DNA of 64,000 nucleotides from Magnetovibrionaceae bacterium (GTDB taxonomy: Bacteria; Pseudomonadota; Alphaproteobacteria; Rhodospirillales; JBMYSY01): the NCBI GenBank assembly GCA_049603795.1, contig JBMYSY010000011.1:920-64919 (forward strand), in the 5' to 3' direction. Positions 16,489-22,768 of this stretch are shown here, piece after piece. Position 1 is the first letter of the stretch; each line of letters starts with the position of its first letter. The notes under the pieces are model-generated. The model made no database searches. It saw only the letters and a list, made by a program, of their open reading frames with translations, and was not told where the DNA came from. A program made the position numbers and the translations under genes.

Positions 16489-17607
16489 TCAGAGTTCGCC
16501 TGCGACAGCCATTTCCATGTAGGAGGTATCAAACCGCAGCTTGACGTTGTTGGCGTCACCCGTGACAGAGCCATCCGGATAGGACACACCGACGAAGTCC
16601 GGGCTCGGCGCGCCTTCGCCCAGGATGCCCTTCTCGAACAGGAAGTTGGCAACGCTGACCATGGTCGCTGGCAGGGTCGGGTTCTTCACAAAGCCGACGG
16701 CGTGCTGGGGCGTGTAGAACATCTGAGTGGAGGCCAGTTGGGAGTCATAGCCTGCCAGATCGGTCCCCGAAGCTTCGGCCATCGCGGTACGGGCTGCAGC
16801 ACCTTCAGGGCTGTTGCTGGCCATGATGCCCATCAGTTCGTACCAGGCACCGACCAGGGCCTTGCCGAAGTTCGGGTTGGCGGCCAGGGTTTCGGTGTTG
16901 ACCACCATCATGTCGATGATCTCGCCCGGAATGTCGGAACTGTCAAAAAGCTTGGTCGTGCCCGGCGTTTCCAGAATCGTGGAAACCAGCGGGTTCCAGG
17001 TGACGACAGCTTCCACCTCGTCCGTACCGAAGACGGCGATCATGTCGGCGTCCGAGGTGTTGATGACCTTGGCGAGGTCGGCCTCGCTCAGGCCCACGGT
17101 ATCCAGGCCGCGCGCCAGCAGGTAGTGGGAAACAGAAAGCTCCACCAGATTGACCGGTTTGCCCTTCAGGCTGGCGAGGTCGCCTTCGCCCTTCAGGATA
17201 ATCGCGTCGTTGCCGTTGGAATAGTCGCCCACGATCAGTGCCGTCGTATCGATCCCACCGGCAGATGGGATGGAAAGGGTGTCCATGTTCGTGGCGCTGA
17301 CGCCGTCGAACTGGCCTGCCGTGTAAAGGTTGATGGATTCGACGTAGTCGTTGATCTGAACGATCTCGACGTCGATGCCGTATTTTTCGGCCCATTTGTC
17401 CATGATGCCGCTGGTCTCAAGATAGCCCCAGGGCATCCAGCCCACATAGATCGACCAGGCGACCTTGAAGGAGGTCTTCTCCTGGGCAACCACAGGGGCT
17501 GGCGCGGTGGCAAGTCCGAGGCAGAGGGCGGCGGCGGCCAAGGCCGACGTCAGATTTTTCTTCAGCGCCGAAAGAGGGGCGGCGAGCGTTTTAAGCGATT
17601 GAGTCAT
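16489..17607 (-). CDS. ABC transporter periplasmic substrate-binding protein (NMT1/NitT/TauT-like)
   Basis: ATG 17607 is preceded by GGGAGA. The signal peptide is MTQSLKTLAAPLSALKKNLTSALAAAALCLGLATAPAPVVAQ. The longer six-frame ORF (to 17793) runs through the riboswitch and is rejected. Confidence 0.88.
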   Translation of the reverse strand: MTQSLKTLAAPLSALKKNLTSALAAAALCLGLATAPAPVVAQEKTSFKVAWSIYVGWMPWGYLETSGIMDKWAEKYGIDVEIVQINDYVESINLYTAGQFDGVSATNMDTLSIPSAGGIDTTALIVGDYSNGNDAIILKGEGDLASLKGKPVNLVELSVSHYLLARGLDTVGLSEADLAKVINTSDADMIAVFGTDEVEAVVTWNPLVSTILETPGTTKLFDSSDIPGEIIDMMVVNTETLAANPNFGKALVGAWYELMGIMASNSPEGAAARTAMAEASGTDLAGYDSQLASTQMFYTPQHAVGFVKNPTLPATMVSVANFLFEKGILGEGAPSPDFVGVSYPDGSVTGDANNVKLRFDTSYMEMAVAGEL

Positions 17608-17699
17608 GAAGTCGGTCTCCCGCTTTGTCGTCCCGCCAAACAAGGGTGACGGACCGCCGGCGGAACAAAAGAGAAAAGGGGGGCGGAGGCGGCCCGACG

Positions 17700-17835
17700 C
17701 AGTTCTCTCCCGGGATTTTGTCCCGCCGTGTACCGCCCGGAATCTGCCGAAGCGGCGGCGTCTCTCGGACCAGTCTTTTCCCATTCCACCCATCAGGAGG
17801 AGGGCGGGAAAACGGAACCCTAGACGCCCTGCACC
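17700..17835 (-). promoter_or_regulatory. Guanidine-I riboswitch (ykkC-yxkD motif, subtype 1)
   Basis: The minus-strand RNA reads GGCGUCUAGGGUUCCG..CUGGUCCGAGAGACGCC..GGUACACGGCGGGACAAAAUCCCGGGAGAG. All three invariant ykkC blocks are present, with a closing P1 helix (GGCGUC/GACGCC). It lies about 95 nt upstream of the binding-protein ATG. Confidence 0.88.
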
Positions 17836-17981
17836 AACAACTCTGACGCAGCTGCAAAAACCGAGTCAAGCAGTCAATGATGCCTTTTTGAGCAAACTTG
17901 AATTTCGGGAAACAGTTGCATCAATGTTGGGCATGCTTTCCGGTGTTTGTTTGTTTTGGCGGCAGACTGTGGGCGTTATAT

Positions 17982-18018
17982 ATTGATAAGATCGATTATT
18001 TATATCGATTTCATCAAT
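17982..18018. promoter_or_regulatory. 37-nt AT-rich inverted repeat (candidate operator) in the divergent region between the riboswitch operon and the peroxiredoxin gene
   Basis: The sequence is ATTGATAAGATCGAT-TATTTAT-ATCGATTTCATCAAT. The 15-nt arms match at 13 of 15 positions around a 7-nt spacer. Confidence 0.35.
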
Positions 18019-18162
18019 TCACTTTGGTGTTGTGAGCGCCTGCAAAAAAGCTAACTCTGCAGGTGCGAACGGGGGAGCCGGCGCGCCGGGGAGCGGCGAG
18101 AGCAAGGTTGGCCCAATCCGCAGAAACACGATTGATCAACCCCAGCAGAGAGGAACATTCCC

Positions 18163-18699
18163 ATGATTGGACGTACCCTTCCCCAAGTCACCTTCCGGAC
18201 CCGCGTGCGCGATGAAAGCATCGAAGGCCCGAACCCCTTCCGGTGGGAAGACAAGACCACCGACGACTACTTCAAGGGCAAGCGCGTTGTCCTGTTCAGC
18301 CTGCCGGGTGCCTTCACGCCGACCTGTTCCACCTATCAGCTGCCGGACTTTGAGAAGCTCTTCCCGGATTTCCAAGCCAAAGGCATCGACGCCATCTACT
18401 GCCTGTCGGTGAACGACGCCTTCGTGATGAACGCCTGGGGCAAGGGCCAGGGCCTGGAAAACGTTGGTCTGATCCCGGACGGCTCCGGCGAGTTCACCCG
18501 CAAAATGGGCATGCTCGTTTGTAAGGATAACCTTGGCTTCGGTATGCGCTCCTGGCGCTATGCGGCTATCGTCAACGATGGCGTTGTCGAAGGCTGGTTC
18601 GAAGAGCCGGGCTACGAAGACAACTGCGAATCCGACCCTTATGGCGAATCCTCTCCGCAGAACCTGCTGGAGAAGCTGGACGCCTTGAAAGCGGCCTAA
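18163..18699 (+). CDS. Peroxiredoxin (Prx5/PrxD-type, AhpC/TSA family)
   Basis: It has the LFSLPGAFTPTCS peroxidatic Cys motif. The 178-aa body is typical of Prx5-like peroxiredoxins. Confidence 0.92.
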   Translation: MIGRTLPQVTFRTRVRDESIEGPNPFRWEDKTTDDYFKGKRVVLFSLPGAFTPTCSTYQLPDFEKLFPDFQAKGIDAIYCLSVNDAFVMNAWGKGQGLENVGLIPDGSGEFTRKMGMLVCKDNLGFGMRSWRYAAIVNDGVVEGWFEEPGYEDNCESDPYGESSPQNLLEKLDALKAA

Positions 18700-18738
18700 T
18701 TCGATTTCCCTGCTGGAGATCGGATCTGTCGGGTGTTT

Positions 18739-19143
18739 TTACACCCGGCGGATCCGGCCCAACAGATGCCGGTTGTCCCAGCGCGGCTGGCGGTCCTCAA
18801 GAATCACTTGGTAAGCAGGCCCGCTTTCGTCTGCCTGAGCCTCAGTCAAGATGATCTGAAGCCAGCGCGGCACGAGTTCATTATTCAAGTCGTCGCGGAT
18901 TAAAACAGCTATTTCTTCCAAATTGCTCTGTGGAGGTCTTAAGCTGCTCAGCATAGTATCGAAACTTTTAAGCCAGTATTTTACAGAATAAATATCGAGA
19001 ATGAGCTTGTCCGGTACGTACCATAAATCGACTGAGCGCTGGCCTATCTTGAGGTCTCTGAAGGTGACGATATAGTCTTTTTGTATTTCCGGATTGGGCT
19101 TAGTTTCGAGCCGTTCCCGTCTTTGCAACGCGTCCTCAATCAT
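18739..19143 (-). CDS. QueF-like T-fold protein lacking the catalytic Cys (function unknown), low GC
   Basis: WYVPDKLILDIYSVKYWLKSF and LEEIAVLIRDDL resemble the QueF signature (YIPD..[9 protein letters not shown].SF .. HE..). The position of the CPxTGQPD Cys reads DLKIGQRS. It overlaps the upstream gene by ATGA. GC is about 40 percent by eye. Confidence 0.45.
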   Translation of the reverse strand: MIEDALQRRERLETKPNPEIQKDYIVTFRDLKIGQRSVDLWYVPDKLILDIYSVKYWLKSFDTMLSSLRPPQSNLEEIAVLIRDDLNNELVPRWLQIILTEAQADESGPAYQVILEDRQPRWDNRHLLGRIRRV

Positions 19144-20858
19144 ACCGTCAGCCCCTCGCCTGGTCGCCGCAGTCGTTCTCCCTGCGACCGAACTTCGATA
19201 AAGCCCGGCGGTTGGGCCTGGAACAGTACGCCACCCTCGATCCCCGTGATCTCGCCCGCTTCGCGGAAGATCTCGCGGATGTGGTCGCGCATGCGCCCCG
19301 GCAGCGGTGCATCGGAGCGGATGATCAGGTCCAGCTGTTGGATTTCGCCTCGCTTCTTGACCATGCCATCGAGTTGCAGGTGACCGAGCTTGGTCATCTC
19401 CAGATCGACAACAAAGCGTGTTCCTTCGTCTCCCTTGTTGCCCTCTTCGTCTTCCTCGCCACCGAAGTTGCGGGTGTGGAAGCGGACCTGGCTCAGCTCC
19501 TCGCCGTTCATGACCGGAACGGCCACCGTCCGCCAGTCCCCCTCGCGGGACTCTTCCGAGCCCGTCTTCAGGCGCTGGAAGTCCCGATCCAGCCGTCCTG
19601 CGATTGTCGGGTTCAGCCGTGTCAGGCGGTCAAGGCCCTCGCCCAGAAGCGCCCGCATGTCGCCACCACGCAGGACGCTCATGAACAACAGCATTCCGGC
19701 CCCCAGTGCGGTGCCGTCGGCGCGCGGCAGGGCGCGGGCGACCTGTTGGAAGGCTTGGGGGTCCGCTGACTCCAGGGTCTTCAAGGCAGTGCGAAGGGCC
19801 GGCCATTCCCGTTGCAGATTGGCGAGCTCTGCCTCGGCGAAGGTGGCGGGCAGGGTCAAGGGGGCCGGGCCGGTCGGGCTTGTGCTGACCTTGAGTTGAA
19901 GGCTGCTGCCCACCTCCAACCCGGCGGCCTTGGCTGTTCCCAGAACCAGGCCCCGTGCTTCCAGGATGGCGCTGCCGTCCGGGGTGAGGCCGGTGACCCG
20001 GGCCGTGATCAGACCGCCCGGTGCAAGTTGGCCCGGTGCCGCCGTCGGTTGGGTGGCGAGGGCACCGCCGGCACCGCCGCCTGGGGCCTCTACCTTGATG
20101 ACCTGGGCGGAGAACTGACTTCCCGCTGGGACCGGCACACCGCGGCTGCCCGCCTGGGGGGCCTGGCCTTGCGCGTTCCCGGACTGCCCCTGCCGGAGGG
20201 AAGGGCCTGCGGATTGGGCTGTCGAGGGTTTGCCGGGAACTGGTGCCGTGCTTTGCTGGGTCTGTCCGTTGGAAGAGCTGGCCGTTGAAACTCCCGCCGG
20301 ACCGGACGAGGCGGCCAGAGGGGAGGCACCTTGGCCGGTTGCTGATGGGATCGTTCCCGTTTGCCCGGCCAAAGGAGCACCTTGTCCAGAAAATGGGCGC
20401 AGCACGGTAAGCCCAACGGTCTGGCCGGCGTTGAAGGTCGGTGATCCACCGGGTGCTGTCTGGGCGGCCCCTGCCTGCAGGCCGCCTTGGCTCAAGGCTC
20501 CGGTCAACTTGGGCCCGCCGGCCTGGAGACCGGCCAATTGTCCCGGCTCAGGTGGTTTACCATTGATTTTCAGGATGGCGAGCTGCAGCTGGTTGCCGGC
20601 GCGGGTGACCTGAAGCTGCAGGGCTGTCTGTTGGGGCAGGGTAAGTCCGGTAGCCAGTTGCGCAGGGCCGAGGGGGGTCTGGATTGAGGTTTGGCCATTG
20701 GCCGAATTGCCGAGGATTGTCGCCGTCAGTTGGGCCGCGAGGGGCAGTTTGGCCAGCGCCGGGGGCGGGTTCGCCACCAGGACCACCGGCTGTGTCGCTT
20801 TCGCGGTCGGCGGCGGCGCAGGTGATTGGACGATCGGCGGCGGGACCTGGGTGCTCAT
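19140..20858 (-). CDS. Pro/Gly/Gln/Ala-rich protein with C-terminal FliK-like (Flg_hook-type) domain
   Basis: It is a 572-aa protein with a low-complexity N-terminal two thirds. The C-terminal FVVDLEMTKLGHLQLDGMVKK..LDLIIRSD..IREIFREAGEITG follows the hook-length-control C-domain pattern. It is the last-but-one gene of the flhA-flhF-flhG operon. Confidence 0.5.
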   Translation of the reverse strand: MSTQVPPPIVQSPAPPPTAKATQPVVLVANPPPALAKLPLAAQLTATILGNSANGQTSIQTPLGPAQLATGLTLPQQTALQLQVTRAGNQLQLAILKINGKPPEPGQLAGLQAGGPKLTGALSQGGLQAGAAQTAPGGSPTFNAGQTVGLTVLRPFSGQGAPLAGQTGTIPSATGQGASPLAASSGPAGVSTASSSNGQTQQSTAPVPGKPSTAQSAGPSLRQGQSGNAQGQAPQAGSRGVPVPAGSQFSAQVIKVEAPGGGAGGALATQPTAAPGQLAPGGLITARVTGLTPDGSAILEARGLVLGTAKAAGLEVGSSLQLKVSTSPTGPAPLTLPATFAEAELANLQREWPALRTALKTLESADPQAFQQVARALPRADGTALGAGMLLFMSVLRGGDMRALLGEGLDRLTRLNPTIAGRLDRDFQRLKTGSEESREGDWRTVAVPVMNGEELSQVRFHTRNFGGEEDEEGNKGDEGTRFVVDLEMTKLGHLQLDGMVKKRGEIQQLDLIIRSDAPLPGRMRDHIREIFREAGEITGIEGGVLFQAQPPGFIEVRSQGERLRRPGEGLTV

Positions 20859-20908
20859 GGATTTAGCAGGCGCGGGGCCTTACGCGCGTCCTCCTCGCAG
20901 GGTTTGGC

Positions 20909-21703
20909 TCAATCGGGCTCCGACGTCAGCAGCTTGGCGATGGCTTCGACGTCGCTGGCGGCCTCGGCATTGGGGTAGCGGGTCAGGATCGGTGCCTGAT
21001 TGCGGATCGAATCCGGCACCTTGGTGTCACGGCGCACAATGCCCAAAAGCGTCGGTTTGAATTTCAGGAAACCCTCGCAGGCCTTCTTCAGCGTGTTGAA
21101 GGTCTTTTCGCCTTCCTTGACTGAATTGGCCATGTTGACCACGACCCGGATGTCCGTGCCGGGGCGCTCCATGCGCGTCAGCTTGATGAAGGCGTAGGCA
21201 TCGGTTAGCGATGTCGGCTCGTCGGTGACCAGCACGATGCAGGTATTGGCGAGGCCGGTCAGCTGCATGACGTTCTTTTCGACCCCGGCACCTGCGTCGA
21301 TGATCACATGATCATAGCCGGTCGCCAGCAGGCCCAATTCTTCGCCCAGGACGGTCAAACGGGAGGGGGCCACGTTCGCAAGGCCGCCGGACCCAGAGCG
21401 CCCGGCAACCACGTCAAAGCCCCCGTCTTCAAAGTGATCGACGGACTTGTCCAATTGGATGCGGCCCGCGATGACGCTGCCTAGGTCATGCTTCGGCATC
21501 AGGCCCAATTGGATGTCCAGGTTGGCCAAACCGAGGTCACCATCGAACAACAGCGTCTTGGCCCCCAGTTTTGTCAGGCATTGGGCGAGCGTGATCGAAA
21601 ACCAGGTCTTCCCCACGCCTCCCTTGCCGGAGGCTACGGCGAAGATGTTGCGGCCTTTGAGGCGGGCGGTGGGCGAGGGCGCAAAGGGTTTGGCGGTCGT
21701 CAT
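20909..21703 (-). CDS. flhG: MinD/ParA-family flagellar number/placement ATPase FlhG (FleN)
   Basis: It carries the deviant Walker A ASGKGGVGKT and has MinD-like architecture. It overlaps the flhF stop by 4 nt. Confidence 0.85.
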   Translation of the reverse strand: MTTAKPFAPSPTARLKGRNIFAVASGKGGVGKTWFSITLAQCLTKLGAKTLLFDGDLGLANLDIQLGLMPKHDLGSVIAGRIQLDKSVDHFEDGGFDVVAGRSGSGGLANVAPSRLTVLGEELGLLATGYDHVIIDAGAGVEKNVMQLTGLANTCIVLVTDEPTSLTDAYAFIKLTRMERPGTDIRVVVNMANSVKEGEKTFNTLKKACEGFLKFKPTLLGIVRRDTKVPDSIRNQAPILTRYPNAEAASDVEAIAKLLTSEPD

Positions 21704-22689
21704 GAGACGGCTTGGCTCCTGAAGAGGTATTCCGATGGTTTATCGGCTGCATGGGGCATAATCAATCGGGCAAGCGAGGCCGGGTTCACTTGGGCGAGGC
21801 CGTCTGCGATGTGCGGGCTTGTGCTGACATCCGAAAAGGCCAATCCGGCGGCATCTGCCGCTGCCAGCATGCCGCCGATCCGGCGCGCGAGGTCAAGCCT
21901 TGTCACGATCAGCCGCTCGGCCCCGAGCTGTCGGAAGGCCAGCGCCATATCGGCCATTTCGAAGGCGTCCGAACCCGCCGCGAGCACGAGAACCGGCTCG
22001 GCATGGCTCAACCGGATCAGATCGGCCAGGCTGTCCACTTCGGCTTCCGAATAGGGGTTTGTGCCGGGGCTGTCGATAAAACAAAAGTCCGCGCCATAGG
22101 CGTCGCGTACCGCATCTTCGAGCTCCTTGCCGGTTTCGGCAACGCCCAGGTCGGCTTTCAGGATACGGGTGAAGGCTTCCAACTGTTCGACGCCACCTGC
22201 GCGTTTGGTGTCCGTCGTGATGGCCTTGACGGTCTTGCCCTGCAACCCGGCCCGGGCGCAAAGCTTCGCGGTGACGATGGTCTTTCCGGCACACGGCGGT
22301 CCAACCAGGATCAGCGGTCGGCCACTGCCGGCCTGGTCGAGCGGCGAGAACCGGTAGTGCTCATCCAGTGCGGAGGCCAGAGCCAGCGTCGCATCCGTGG
22401 CCGTCCCCTTGCCGGCGGTGCGTGCCAGCGCATCGGCGAGCGGTCCGGGGGTTCCGTGAAAGGACAGGGTCTGGCGGATGGCCTCGGTAACGTCATCCGG
22501 CTCGGCCTCGTTGGTTGCGGCAAAGACCACTTCGTCCTGGAAGGTGTCTTCCAGGGCGGCCGTGACCCGGGCACCTTGCCCGTCGGAGGCCTTCTGGGTC
22601 GAGACGATAATGGCATCGTCGCCCAGTTCCTCCCGCACCAGGTCCATCGCCTGGTTCATGGTGGCTGCCGTGTAGGTCTTCAGGCGCAA
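21700..22689 (-). CDS. flhF: Flagellar biosynthesis SRP-type GTPase FlhF
   Basis: TTG 22689 gives MRLKTYTAATMNQAMDLVREELGDDAIIV, a typical FlhF N-terminus. G motifs read GPPCAGKT, DSPG and TRLD. The six-frame ORF extends to 22707. Confidence 0.85.
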   Translation of the reverse strand: MRLKTYTAATMNQAMDLVREELGDDAIIVSTQKASDGQGARVTAALEDTFQDEVVFAATNEAEPDDVTEAIRQTLSFHGTPGPLADALARTAGKGTATDATLALASALDEHYRFSPLDQAGSGRPLILVGPPCAGKTIVTAKLCARAGLQGKTVKAITTDTKRAGGVEQLEAFTRILKADLGVAETGKELEDAVRDAYGADFCFIDSPGTNPYSEAEVDSLADLIRLSHAEPVLVLAAGSDAFEMADMALAFRQLGAERLIVTRLDLARRIGGMLAAADAAGLAFSDVSTSPHIADGLAQVNPASLARLIMPHAADKPSEYLFRSQAVS

Positions 22690-22768
22690 GGGGCTCTCTC
22701 CCTCCAAGCGGGGTTCACATCTAACGTACCGTCAAAATGTGGTATCGCCCAACCTAAAGGACAAAACG

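Noticed and set aside
17608-17793. N-terminal extension of the binding-protein ORF (six-frame ORF 16489..17793).
   Set aside because: The extension is Arg/Gly-rich and covers the ykkC riboswitch. An internal ATG at 17607 with a GGGAGA RBS yields a normal signal peptide.
18721-18756. Hairpin CGGATC-TGT-CGGGTG-TTTTTA-CACCCG-GCG-GATCCG between the peroxiredoxin gene and the convergent QueF-like gene, as a bidirectional intrinsic terminator.
   Set aside because: No U-tract follows the stem on either strand, and its right arm lies inside the QueF-like coding sequence. It may still aid 3'-end formation, but it is not called as a terminator.
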